Shown: positions 41,875 through 51,588, numbered from the stretch's first letter. The stretch: 64,000 nt of DNA from Alphaproteobacteria bacterium (GCA_009694085.1 SHVW01000001.1:8164-72163), one strand, 5' to 3'. Notes: generated by a model not told the origin, from the sequence alone. A program made the numbers and translations.

Positions 41875-42279
41875 ATGGCAAACGACAAATCCCACCCCTT
41901 CAAGCTGACCGACGCCGAGTGGCGCGCGCGGCTTTCGCCCGAGCAGCATCGCGTGTTGCGCGGCCACGGCACCGAGCGCGCCGGGACCAGCCCGCTCGAC
42001 CGGGAAAAGCGCGCCGGCGCCTTCGCCTGCATGGGGTGCGGCCATCCCCTGTTCGATTCCGCGACCAAGTTCGATAGTGGGACCGGCTGGCCCAGTTTCT
42101 TCCAACCACTCGACGGCGGGACCGACACGACCAGCGACCGCAGCCTCTTCATGGTACGCACGGAAGTCCATTGCGCCAATTGCGGCGGCCATCTCGGCCA
42201 TGTCTTCGACGACGGACCCGCGCCGACGGGCTTGCGCTATTGCATGAATGGCGTCTCGCTGCGGTTTACGCCACGCTAA
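41875..42279 (+). CDS. msrB: Peptide methionine (R)-sulfoxide reductase
   Basis: GTGWPSF, two CxxC, HLGHVF.DGP.PTG.RYCMN. Confidence 0.96.
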   Translation: MANDKSHPFKLTDAEWRARLSPEQHRVLRGHGTERAGTSPLDREKRAGAFACMGCGHPLFDSATKFDSGTGWPSFFQPLDGGTDTTSDRSLFMVRTEVHCANCGGHLGHVFDDGPAPTGLRYCMNGVSLRFTPR

Positions 42280-42405
42280 GACGCGACTTGTCTCCATACA
42301 TATTATCGCTCGGCACAGCGTCTTCTTTAAAAAGGCGTGCGTCGATTTTGCGTTTGTCGTATGATGGGAACGCCACGGATTGAGGCGAACTCAGGGGTGC
42401 GACGA

Positions 42406-44448
42406 ATGGCCCTGGTCGAACGCGCGAGCGTCTGCACTTTCGATTGTCCCGACACCTGTAGCCTAACCGTTTCGGTCGACAACGACCGCCTGGTCAAAGT
42501 GCGCGGCTCCCATGCCGCGCCGTTCACCGATGGCGTGATCTGCAACAAGGTCGCACAAGACATGCCGGCCTTCGTCCATGGGCCGCAGCGCTTGTTGCAC
42601 CCGCTGCGCCGCACGGGGCCGAAGGGGTCGGGTTCGTTCGAAACGATCGCATGGTCTGCGGCCTTGGCCGAAATTCGCCAACGGGTCGGCCAAGTGATCG
42701 AGCGTTGGGGGCCGCAGGCGGTCATGCCAGTGAACTACGCCGGCCCACACGGCATGCTGTCGGGTGACAGCATGTCGGTGCGTTTCTTTCACAAGCTAGG
42801 CGCCACCTTAACGTATCGCCGGTCGCTATGCGGCGCCGTGCGAACGGAAGCGTGGGTTGGCACCTATGGCGCCGTGCCCGGCATCCCGCCAGAGCAGGCC
42901 GAGGATGCCAAGCTCAATATAATATGGGGCAACAATGCCACCGTCGCCAATCTGCATCTCGTGCGCAAGGTCCGGCGCTCGCTGCGCAAAGGCGGCAAGC
43001 TGATCGTCGTCGATCCCAAGCGCACCAAGATCGCCGAGCAAGCCAATCTCCATCTTGGCCTGCGGCCGGGAACCGACGTGCTCTTGGCCTGGGCGCTGGC
43101 GGTCGAACTGGAGCGGATGGGTGCCATCGATGGGAAATTCGTCGCGGCTAACGTGCATGGCTTCGACGAGTACATGAAGCGCGCGCGCGAATGGCCGGCC
43201 GAACGCGCGGCCGTCGAATGCGGCTTGAAGCTGGAGGATATTCGCACCTGCGCCGCCTGGATCGCTAAATCCGAACCCTTCGTGCTGTCGATCGGCAATG
43301 GGCTGGAGCGCTGCCGCACCGGCGGCAGCGGCATCCGCGCCGCCATCGCGCTGCCCGCGCTGACGGGCAAGCTGGGCGCGCGCGGCGGGATCGTGCTCGG
43401 CGCCGGCAATGCGTTTCCGAAAACGATGGCGAAGTTGCAGCGTCCCGATCTGGTGCCGCCGGGTACGCGGACGCTCGATCTCATCGATCTTGGCCGGCAT
43501 CTTGTGCGCGACGATGTCGATCCGCCGCTTCGCGCGCTGTTTATCTACAATCATAACCCCATCGTCGTGCATCCCGACCAGAACCGGGTGATCAAAGGCC
43601 TCAAGCGGGAAGACGTGTTCTCCGTCGGCATCGAAGTGGCGATGACGGAAAGCATGGAGCATTGCGACATCGTGCTGCCCGCCGCGACCCATTTCGAATG
43701 CGACGATCTCTATGCGGCTTACGGTCAGCATTGGCTGCAACGCGCCGAACCCGTGATGAAGCCGGTGGGCGAGGCGCTGCCGAATACCGAAATCTTCCGC
43801 CGCCTGGCCGATGTCTTCGGTTTCAAGGACGATTGCTTCAAGGCAAGCGATGCCCAATTGATGGATGAGGCCGTGGACCCCGCCGACCGCCGCATGGGCG
43901 GCATCAAGCCGAGCGAGATTTCAACGGATCAAGCGATACAGATGACGGCCGAAGACGGTCGCCCCTATGTGCTTTATGACAATGTGCGCCCGGCGACGCC
44001 GTCGGGAAAGATCGAGTTGGTATCCGAGGTTTTGGCCAAGCGCTGGGGGCAGGGGGCCTATTTGCCGGAATGGAAGCCGTTGAATTCGCCCTTTCCGCTT
44101 CATCTGATTACGCCGGCGTCGGATCGGCGTATCTCTTCTACCCTGGGCGGGCTTCATGCGGCCGAGGGCGCGCCGCCCTTATCGATGAACCCCGCCGACG
44201 CCAATCCGCGCGGCCTGAAGGACGGTCAGAAGGTGCGGATTTGGAATGGTCTGGGCGAAGTCGTCCTGCCGCTCGAGGTTTCGGATTCGGTGCCGCCCGG
44301 CGTGGTGGCGACGGAGAAAGGGGCATGGTTGTCGACCAGCCCTACCGGGCAAACCGTTTCCGCCCTGGTCTCGGCCGACGACCGGGCGGACCTCGCCGCC
44401 GGCGCCTGTTTCAATGACGCGCGGGTCGAGGTTGCGGGCGCCGCCTAG
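42406..44448 (+). CDS. DMSO-reductase-superfamily molybdopterin oxidoreductase (YyaE-like)
   Basis: CxxDCPDTC...C.K Fe-S motif, PGTD.LLA, DIVLPAAT, C-terminal Molydop_binding domain. Confidence 0.88.
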   Translation: MALVERASVCTFDCPDTCSLTVSVDNDRLVKVRGSHAAPFTDGVICNKVAQDMPAFVHGPQRLLHPLRRTGPKGSGSFETIAWSAALAEIRQRVGQVIERWGPQAVMPVNYAGPHGMLSGDSMSVRFFHKLGATLTYRRSLCGAVRTEAWVGTYGAVPGIPPEQAEDAKLNIIWGNNATVANLHLVRKVRRSLRKGGKLIVVDPKRTKIAEQANLHLGLRPGTDVLLAWALAVELERMGAIDGKFVAANVHGFDEYMKRAREWPAERAAVECGLKLEDIRTCAAWIAKSEPFVLSIGNGLERCRTGGSGIRAAIALPALTGKLGARGGIVLGAGNAFPKTMAKLQRPDLVPPGTRTLDLIDLGRHLVRDDVDPPLRALFIYNHNPIVVHPDQNRVIKGLKREDVFSVGIEVAMTESMEHCDIVLPAATHFECDDLYAAYGQHWLQRAEPVMKPVGEALPNTEIFRRLADVFGFKDDCFKASDAQLMDEAVDPADRRMGGIKPSEISTDQAIQMTAEDGRPYVLYDNVRPATPSGKIELVSEVLAKRWGQGAYLPEWKPLNSPFPLHLITPASDRRISSTLGGLHAAEGAPPLSMNPADANPRGLKDGQKVRIWNGLGEVVLPLEVSDSVPPGVVATEKGAWLSTSPTGQTVSALVSADDRADLAAGACFNDARVEVAGAA

Positions 44449-44562
44449 GGTGGAACGCGGGCGCCGCCGGCCGGCGCGCCTGGTCGGGCGGCGTCGCGGC
44501 GGCGAAATTTGACAGCAAGAATCGGAGCGCGACCAGCAATACCGAACCTGACGGTAATTCGG

Positions 44563-45309
44563 TCATGCCGGTAGATGGCGCGGCAACGGAACATCGACAA
44601 TCGGCATGTCGCCGAAGCGTTCGTGACCTTCCTTGAGCGGCAACTCGCGGGCGACGATCAGTCCATCGGCCTGAACGCCATGGGTGGGGTCAAGCATCCG
44701 CCTTCCTCTAATGCCGGGTGGATCGAAGGTCCAGGACTGGAAGCCATGGATATAAAAATTCAATATGACGGCCGGCTTGTCGTCGGCACAGAACCAATGG
44801 GCGTTGCGCGCCACTTCCGTCGTTTCCATGCGGTCGCCCGGCTTGAACCAGCCGTCGCTACGCGTGCGTAACAGGATCTGATCGGGCGCCAATCGCGCCA
44901 CTCGATCCCATTCGCGCACATAGATGCGTCCGTGCAGGAGCACTTGGGTCGAAATCAGGTTGTGGTGATGATGCGGGGGATGCACTTCGCCTGGCTCCAG
45001 GTATAGGAGCTGCATGGTCCAAGCCTTCTTCGGCATGGTCTTCTGGTTGAGCACTTGGTCCTTGCGCTCAATGAGCGTGCGCTTGATCCAGGGCTTGAGT
45101 TCGGCTGCCATGTCGACGCTATGGTGCAGTGCGCGCACTTCGGCAATGTATTCGTCCGGCGTGATGGCATGGCGGTCCAGGCGTTCGATTAGGGCCTGGG
45201 CGTCCGACCACAGACGCTCGCGATAGATGTTCACGTCGGGCAAGGCCGCCCCAGCGCGGGAGTTCATCTTCACGATTTTGCCGGAGGCGGTCTTGATGGC
45301 GGCGCTCAT
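44563..45309 (-). CDS. Cupin, putative 3-His thiol dioxygenase (PCO/ADO-like)
   Basis: LYLEPGEVHPPHHH...LLHGRIYVREWD...NAHWF...AVILN; SD GAGGA before the ATG. Confidence 0.6.
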   Translation of the reverse strand: MSAAIKTASGKIVKMNSRAGAALPDVNIYRERLWSDAQALIERLDRHAITPDEYIAEVRALHHSVDMAAELKPWIKRTLIERKDQVLNQKTMPKKAWTMQLLYLEPGEVHPPHHHHNLISTQVLLHGRIYVREWDRVARLAPDQILLRTRSDGWFKPGDRMETTEVARNAHWFCADDKPAVILNFYIHGFQSWTFDPPGIRGRRMLDPTHGVQADGLIVARELPLKEGHERFGDMPIVDVPLPRHLPA

Positions 45310-45319
45310 GGTGTTGTCC

Positions 45320-46540
45320 TCAATGATTACTCGGCGCCGACATGACGTCGACCACCATGTTCTGGAAATGATGCACGTTCTTCTCCCAGACCGGTGAAAA
45401 CACGATCTGGTCGGCGACCGGCGACCGGCGTGCGATCTGCTGTTGCTCCCAGATTTCCATATCTTGGCTGCGGATACCACCGCGATCTCCGATCTGACCA
45501 GTGGGCCCAAGCCAGCGCGCAAGCGTCCGCTGGCGCTGCGCGGCAAAGGCTGGATCGGTCGCGGCATCGCCGACAAAGAAATAGCCCATCTTCGAGATCG
45601 TACGATCTGCCGCCAGCGGATCGGCGATGACGGAAGCGAGGTGATCGGATTGCAAAGTCAGCGTCATGTTGGGGAAGACCACGCTGGTGCAGCGCACGCG
45701 CTTCTTGCCCTCGGGGAAGGGAATCAGCGGCAAATTGCCGGCGCTGGGGTAGAAATCTTGGTCGCCGCGGCGCTTGAGCGTCACCACGGTGCCAAGCGGG
45801 ATCGGCTCGGCGATGGGTTCGCCGGTTTTCAGGTCGAGGTCGTCGGACATCTTGGTAAAGACGTTCTTGTGCACCCAGATATGATGATACGTCTCCCAAT
45901 TATCATTCTGCATTTTCCAATTGCCGCGCCATTCCCAATCCTCGCGGTGGCCGATGCGCGTGGCGCTGAGATCGGCGCCGTTGATTAGATCGTCCAATGG
46001 CCGGACATGCTCGGCAAAGGGTGCGGCATTGCCGTCGAGGTTGATGAACACCCAGTGATGCCAGACAGCCGCACGCACGGGGACCAGACCGAGTTTCGAC
46101 AGGTCGAGTGGGAGTTTGGAATGGCCATCCTTCGTGCCGTCGAAATAGGGCACTGCTTTAAGCCGTCCATCCAGGTCATAGGCCCAGGCGTGATAGGGGC
46201 AGGTGAATTGCTTCAACCCCTGGCACGGTTTGGTCACGATCATGGCCGCGCGATGCCGGCAGACATTGTGGAAAACCCGAATGTCGCCCTTCCGGTCGCG
46301 CACCAGGATGATGGGAATGCCCGCCGCCATCAGGGGAATGGCGTTGCCCGGTTGCGGCACGTCCGAGGCGAAGGCGATGCACATCCAGGTCCGGGGGAAG
46401 AGCCGCTTCTGCTCCAGTCGGAAAAACTCGTCGCTGGTATAGGCGGCCCCGGGCAGCCCGCTGGACTGTGCGATCGGGCGGCGTAAAGCGCTCAGTGCCT
46501 CGCGGCCTAGAATGTCTTCTACGGTGGTTGCGGCGCTCAT
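45320..46540 (-). CDS. Rieske non-heme iron oxygenase alpha subunit (choline monooxygenase/GbcA-like)
   Basis: CRHR...CPYHAW Rieske motif; E.YH...VH and QD mononuclear Fe site. Confidence 0.9.
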   Translation of the reverse strand: MSAATTVEDILGREALSALRRPIAQSSGLPGAAYTSDEFFRLEQKRLFPRTWMCIAFASDVPQPGNAIPLMAAGIPIILVRDRKGDIRVFHNVCRHRAAMIVTKPCQGLKQFTCPYHAWAYDLDGRLKAVPYFDGTKDGHSKLPLDLSKLGLVPVRAAVWHHWVFINLDGNAAPFAEHVRPLDDLINGADLSATRIGHREDWEWRGNWKMQNDNWETYHHIWVHKNVFTKMSDDLDLKTGEPIAEPIPLGTVVTLKRRGDQDFYPSAGNLPLIPFPEGKKRVRCTSVVFPNMTLTLQSDHLASVIADPLAADRTISKMGYFFVGDAATDPAFAAQRQRTLARWLGPTGQIGDRGGIRSQDMEIWEQQQIARRSPVADQIVFSPVWEKNVHHFQNMVVDVMSAPSNH

Positions 46541-46693
46541 CTACCTCTCCCGACCTGCTAGTCTAATATTATACAGATACTAACGGCGCGACAAAAAAAT
46601 TTACTCCCATTAAAGTCGTGAGAATGACAGGATAGTTTCTAGGCCGGTGCGGAGGGCTATCGGGAAGATGAGCGCGGCTGGGGAGCGGAGATT

Positions 46694-47548
46694 TTGAGAG
46701 CGCGCTGGCACCTTATCTTGGCGCCGTCTCTGGTGCTGTCACTGGCTCTGCTGCTGGCTTCGCAGTTCATTTTTCTGCGCGGCAGTTTCTTTAAAGATCT
46801 TCGGCTGGGCCGGTTGGGAACGGAGTTCACCCTTGAGAACTACGTTCGCTTTCTGACGGATTCGATTTACGTCGATAGCCTGATCCTGACCACCCGCCTG
46901 TCGGCCACGGTCGCCATTCTGACGCTCCTGCTCGCCTACCCCGTAGCCTACATTCTGGCGCGCATGACGTCGCGCTGGTCGATGGTGTTGTTGGCTGCCA
47001 TTGTTGCCGCGTCCTTCATTACCATCGTGATCAAGGTATTGGGATTGATTATTATCTTCTCCAGCGGCGGGGCACTCAATCAAACCCTGCTTTGGCTCGG
47101 TGTCGTGACCAAGCCGGTCACCATCGTGGGCCAGCCCAGCGGTGTGGTGGTCGGTCTCATGCACTTCACCATGGGTTTCGCCGTGCTGCTGCTTTATGGC
47201 GTGATCCGCACCATCCCGCGCTCGCTGGAGGATGCCGCGACCATCCATGGCGCTCAGCGCTGGCGCGTGTTCAAGCGGGTCATCGTTCCGCTCAGCTTGC
47301 CCGGTGTGATCGTGACCGCGTTGATCGTATTCAATCTCTGCATGGGAGCGTTCACCTCGGCGGCGCTGATCGGGGGCGGTAAGGTCTATACTTTGCCGGT
47401 GCTGATCCAGCAGACCGTGATCATGCAGACGCGCTATGCCATGGGTGCCACCATTTCGGCAGTGCTGATGGCGGTCACGCTGATAATCAATCTCGTTTCC
47501 ATCGCGATCGCGGCCTGGCTCGGTTCCGTTCGGAGATTGACCGCATGA
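46694..47548 (+). CDS. ABC permease (PotB-like)
   Basis: LEDAA..HGA loop, TM helices. Confidence 0.88.
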   Translation: MRARWHLILAPSLVLSLALLLASQFIFLRGSFFKDLRLGRLGTEFTLENYVRFLTDSIYVDSLILTTRLSATVAILTLLLAYPVAYILARMTSRWSMVLLAAIVAASFITIVIKVLGLIIIFSSGGALNQTLLWLGVVTKPVTIVGQPSGVVVGLMHFTMGFAVLLLYGVIRTIPRSLEDAATIHGAQRWRVFKRVIVPLSLPGVIVTALIVFNLCMGAFTSAALIGGGKVYTLPVLIQQTVIMQTRYAMGATISAVLMAVTLIINLVSIAIAAWLGSVRRLTA

Positions 47549-48381
47549 GTGCCCAGCTTAGCCGCTCGCTGCGCGGGATCGTCGGTGCTGCCTGGGTTGC
47601 CGGTATCTACGCGTTCTTGTTTGCGCCGTTGGTGGTCGTGGTCGGCGCATCTTTCGACGGCGGCGACCGAACCTTCCTGAATTTCCCGCCCAGCAACCTG
47701 TCGCTGCACTGGTATGGACGAATCGAGCCCGATCTTTTTCAGGCACTCGGCGTGAGCGTGGCACTCGGAACCACGGCGGCGCTGGCGGCGTGCTTGATCG
47801 GCGTACCGGCAGCGCTTGGCCTGGTGCGCGCGGAGTTTCGGGGCAAGGCCCTGGTCGCCGCGCTGTTTCGCGCACCGCTCCAGATACCGGCCGTGGTGAT
47901 CGGCGTGTCCTTCCTCAAACTTTACTATTTCGTCGGCGATGTTACCGGGCTCTATGCCGTCGGCTCGCTGCCCGGGTTGATCGTCGCCCATACTTTCTTG
48001 GCCTCGCCCTATGTCATCGGCTCGGTTTCCGCCGTTTTGCAGCGCTTCAATATGCGCCTTGAGGAGGCAGCGCTCAGCTTGGGCGCATCGCCCTGGACCA
48101 CGTTCCGGCGCGTTACGCTGCCGGTGATCATGCCCGGGGTTTATACCGGGGCCATGTATGCGTTCCTGGTCTCGTTCGGCGACGTGCCGGTCTCGCTGTT
48201 CCTGGGGGCGGGCAGCACGCAACCTTTCGCCGCGAAAATCTTTCATCTCATGGAGTTCGATTTCGACCCGTCGCTCCTTGCGATCGCCACCTTCATCATC
48301 TTCGGCTCGTTGGCGTTGATCTATGCGCTCCAGCGTGCCGTCGGCATGGAGGCGCTGATACGATCGGGCGGCAGCAGCTAG
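47545..48381 (+). CDS. ABC permease (PotC-like)
   Basis: LEEAALSLGA loop. Confidence 0.88.
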   Translation: MSAQLSRSLRGIVGAAWVAGIYAFLFAPLVVVVGASFDGGDRTFLNFPPSNLSLHWYGRIEPDLFQALGVSVALGTTAALAACLIGVPAALGLVRAEFRGKALVAALFRAPLQIPAVVIGVSFLKLYYFVGDVTGLYAVGSLPGLIVAHTFLASPYVIGSVSAVLQRFNMRLEEAALSLGASPWTTFRRVTLPVIMPGVYTGAMYAFLVSFGDVPVSLFLGAGSTQPFAAKIFHLMEFDFDPSLLAIATFIIFGSLALIYALQRAVGMEALIRSGGSS

Positions 48382-48409
48382 CATCACAACAACCTCGGGG
48401 AGATACGAC

Positions 48410-49486
48410 ATGACAACGATGAAGAGACGAACCCTGATTGGCGGCCTCGCGCTCGGCGCGGCAGCCTTGGCGGTGTTACCTGCAACGGCGCAACAGCGCT
48501 TCGACGGCGTGACCGTGCGCGTTGCCACCTTCGGCGGCGGCTGGGATAAGGCGGTGCACAAATATGCCGGCTACAAGTTCGAGGAACTGGGCGGCAAGGT
48601 CGAGTACGTGACCGCCCCGCCGCGCGACAATCTGGCCAAGCTGATCGCCGCCAAGGGGCGGCCCGCGCCTTTCGACGTGGTCGAGATGGGCGATCTGACC
48701 TGGGTCGATACCTTCGATGCAGGCTTCCTCCAGAAGATCAATCTCGCCAACATCCCCAACACCAAGGATTTGTTGAAGACCCAGTACGACGAGTGGAAGG
48801 TGGCGAGCTGGATCACCCAGGAAGGCATCGTCGTCAATGTCGAGAAGTTCAAGGAAGCCGGCATTCCCATGCCGGAACGCTATCGCGACTTGCTCCACCC
48901 CAAGCTGGCGGGCAAGCTGGCCCTGATCGACATTACCCAGGCCGGGGCCTCGCAGCTTCTGGTCGGCGCCACCATGGATGCCGGTGGGACGCAGGAAAAC
49001 GTCGATCCCGGTTTGAAGTTCGTCAAAGACGCCAACCCGCTGCAATTCTGGAAGGTCGGGGCCCAAGTCGTTACCCTGATGAAGGCGAACGATATCTGGG
49101 CCGCCACCATGCATGCCGGATTCGCGGTTCAGATGAAACGCGCGGGGTTGCCCGTGACCTTCGTCCACCCCAAGATCGGCACCGACCGGCGCGGCCTGTT
49201 GAAAGAAGGTTGGCTCGGCGTCGTCAAGGGATCGCCGCAGCCGCGCGCGGCCGAATTCTTCATCAATGAATACATCTCTGCCGCCACCCAGCACGGCCTG
49301 GCGCTGGAGCGCGGCGTTGTGCCGGTCAACGGCGCGGCGCGCGCCAAGCTGATCGACGATCCCGTGTTGAAGGAGATGTTCCTGATCGCCGACAGCGACG
49401 TGGCCAAGATGGTGTCGGTCGACTTCAACAAGTTCAATTTGGACGAGGCGACTCAGAAATGGACGCGCATGGTGAGTTCGCGCTGA
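48410..49486 (+). CDS. PotD-like substrate-binding protein
   Basis: KRRTL signal, TFGG.W motif. Confidence 0.85.
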   Translation: MTTMKRRTLIGGLALGAAALAVLPATAQQRFDGVTVRVATFGGGWDKAVHKYAGYKFEELGGKVEYVTAPPRDNLAKLIAAKGRPAPFDVVEMGDLTWVDTFDAGFLQKINLANIPNTKDLLKTQYDEWKVASWITQEGIVVNVEKFKEAGIPMPERYRDLLHPKLAGKLALIDITQAGASQLLVGATMDAGGTQENVDPGLKFVKDANPLQFWKVGAQVVTLMKANDIWAATMHAGFAVQMKRAGLPVTFVHPKIGTDRRGLLKEGWLGVVKGSPQPRAAEFFINEYISAATQHGLALERGVVPVNGAARAKLIDDPVLKEMFLIADSDVAKMVSVDFNKFNLDEATQKWTRMVSSR

Positions 49487-49492
49487 GCGGAC

Positions 49493-50035
49493 TTACCGCC
49501 GCATCAAAGCCTCGACTTCGGTTGGGCTGAGGCCGGCTTTGGGCGCGGCAACGGCGCGTCGCTCGTCGCCGGTGCGCGCAGCGTTCTTGCGCCGTCGGCG
49601 CTCCGGCCCTGTGAAACCGGCGGCGCGAATGAACGGGCGCGGGTGCTCGATGATCGAAACCAGGCGCCGATAAAGCGTCTGAGCGGAAACCGGCTTCGCC
49701 AGAAACTCGGTCGTGCCGGCGTCGCGCGCCTGCATGACGCGATAGGCCTCGGTGTGACCGGTCAGCATGACGATCGGCACGAACGGATTGGGGCTGTCCT
49801 TGGCTGTACGCACGAGCTTGGTGAAATCGTAGCCGTCGAGCGGCTCCATCATCCAGTCGCAGATGACGAAGTCGACCACGGACATGCGCATCTCGGTAAA
49901 GGCGTCGGCGCCATCGTCGGTTTCAATAATGCGTGCCATGCCGAAACCGCGCAGTATCTGGGTTGCGACCGTGCGCATGTGCCGGTTGCTGTCGGCGACG
50001 AGGACGGTGAGGCGGCTGAAATTATATGCGGTCAC
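49493..50035 (-). CDS. Single-domain CheY-like response regulator with Arg-rich tail (Cle-like)
   Basis: DW.M.PLDG, MLTG, FLAKP; C-terminal FTGPERRRRK. Confidence 0.85.
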   Translation of the reverse strand: MTAYNFSRLTVLVADSNRHMRTVATQILRGFGMARIIETDDGADAFTEMRMSVVDFVICDWMMEPLDGYDFTKLVRTAKDSPNPFVPIVMLTGHTEAYRVMQARDAGTTEFLAKPVSAQTLYRRLVSIIEHPRPFIRAAGFTGPERRRRKNAARTGDERRAVAAPKAGLSPTEVEALMRR

Positions 50036-50089
50036 GGATCGGCCACGGGGCTGGGGTCATGAAGCCAGGCTCACTATGCACGGCGTTGG

Positions 50090-50105
50090 TTAACCAGAGG
50101 TTAAC
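50090..50105. promoter_or_regulatory. CtrA binding site
   Basis: TTAA-CCAGAGG-TTAAC is a perfect TTAA-N7-TTAAC, ~55 bp upstream of the CheY-like gene. Confidence 0.8.
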
Positions 50106-50135
50106 CGGCCAGAGCGACCTGGCTATGGCCATTCA

Positions 50136-50149
50136 TTGATCTAGATCAT
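50136..50149. promoter_or_regulatory. FNR/FixK box
   Basis: TTGATCTAGATCAT, 1 mismatch to TTGAT-N4-ATCAA. Confidence 0.65.
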
Positions 50150-50210
50150 CGACAGCCGTAGTCGGGGTCGTAATCCTGGTGTCCGTGATCGTGAAACGGA
50201 GTGGCACATC

Positions 50211-50378
50211 ATGGATGAACTTTACCCGTTGTTTGCCGTTATGATCGTTACTGTGGCAGTTCTGTTCGGGTTGATGGGCTTTTTCCGCCGTTGGGTGAAC
50301 CAACGCGACAGGCTGCTGTCGGTTTCATCCCAACCCGCTTCGACTTTGTCGCGACCGAGCCACCGTCAGGCCGCGTAG
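50211..50378 (+). CDS. Small (55 aa) single-TM protein
   Basis: GGAG SD + ATG; MDELYPLFAVMIVTVAVLFGLMGFFRRW...; below the ORF-track length cutoff. Confidence 0.55.
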   Translation: MDELYPLFAVMIVTVAVLFGLMGFFRRWVNQRDRLLSVSSQPASTLSRPSHRQAA

Positions 50379-50708
50379 AAGGCATCCGAGCGGCGCGCCA
50401 GATTGTCGCCCCGTTCGGATCGACAAGGTTGGCTGAGGTGTGCGGTAAGTCAGCGCCGCCGCCGCCGGGCGCTGGGTTGACCCAGCCCTGGCACGCCCTG
50501 AAAACCGCATTGAGAGCGCTCGCCAGGTAGGCACAGCCGTCTGACAATCCGCGTGTCGCGGCAGTCATGCTTGTCTGTGCGTGTGGGCACATGCCGATCG
50601 TTGGGCGGTTCCCTCGAATGATCCCGGTTTCGGCTTGCCTCTACTTAAATCGTCGAAACAACGACAGCGAACCGCTTTGACCTAGCACAAGGTGCCGCTG
50701 AAACGCCC

Positions 50709-50722
50709 TTGAGATGGATCAA
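50709..50722. promoter_or_regulatory. FNR/FixK box
   Basis: TTGAGATGGATCAA, 1 mismatch, ~60 bp upstream of the CBS gene. Confidence 0.7.
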
Positions 50723-50783
50723 GGCGAAAACCTTGACGGGCGCGTAGCTTGGTCATCGGATCAGCCAAATACGCAGGAAGGCC

Positions 50784-51434
50784 ATGTTCGCTAGGGATGT
50801 CATGACCCGAAATATCTGCATGGTGACCCCGGACACGCCGGTGCCGGCGATCGCCAGGCTTTTGTTGCAGCACCGCATCAGCGCTGTGCCGGTCGTAGCG
50901 GCCGACGAACGCATCGTCGGTATCGTCAGCGAAGGCGACCTGATGCGGCGGCCTGAAATCGGTACGGAACGGCGACGCGCCTGGTGGCTTGAGATGATGT
51001 TGTCGCGCGCGGACCTTGCCGGCGACTTCGTGAAAATGAACGGCCGATCGGCGCGCGATGTCATGACTGCCAGCGTCGTAACGGTCGGCGAAGACGCAAC
51101 GGTCGGAGAAATCGCGGCATTGTTGGAGGAAAAACGCATTAAGCGCGTACCTGTCGTGCGCGATGGACTGGTTGTGGGCATCGTAAGTCGGTCGAATTTG
51201 CTGCAAGGGCTGGCTGCGTCGGCCGGTCCCGAGCGATCACTAGGGCAAGTTCGTAGACGATTGCTGCCGACCCATCGCGTCGGGCTACGAGAGCCGTTCT
51301 GGTCTTGCCTTCGAGCAGGCCGCGCCTGTCAAGCCGGTCGATGGCACCGGCGCCGGCCAACAGCACCAGGTCGGCATGGGTTCCGCTTTCGATCCGCTCC
51401 GCCAGCTGCGCGCTTGACGCGAAGGTTGGGGTAA
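50784..51434 (+). CDS. CBS-pair protein; C-terminus aberrant (probable truncation)
   Basis: ISAVPVV...GIVSEGDL, IKRVPVV...GIVSRSNLL; after ~51240 it reads antisense to the ModA-like ORF. Confidence 0.75.
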   Translation: MFARDVMTRNICMVTPDTPVPAIARLLLQHRISAVPVVAADERIVGIVSEGDLMRRPEIGTERRRAWWLEMMLSRADLAGDFVKMNGRSARDVMTASVVTVGEDATVGEIAALLEEKRIKRVPVVRDGLVVGIVSRSNLLQGLAASAGPERSLGQVRRRLLPTHRVGLREPFWSCLRAGRACQAGRWHRRRPTAPGRHGFRFRSAPPAARLTRRLG

Positions 51435-51585
51435 CCCGATGGATGGTGGCGCGCTCGAACCGGGCGGCTAACTCTTGAAGGGCTCCGCGCATGGTGTCGT
51501 CGACGAAAATGGTCATACGGTCGCTGGCAACCGCATTTATGGGCGACGCAAGCAGCAAGATAAGGATGGCCAGGCGTGCGATCAC
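51139..51585 (-). pseudogene. Degenerate/truncated ModA-like molybdate-binding protein
   Basis: Signal peptide; FASSAQLAERIESG..ADL; only ~110 aa are ModA-like. Confidence 0.55.
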
Positions 51586-51588
51586 GGT

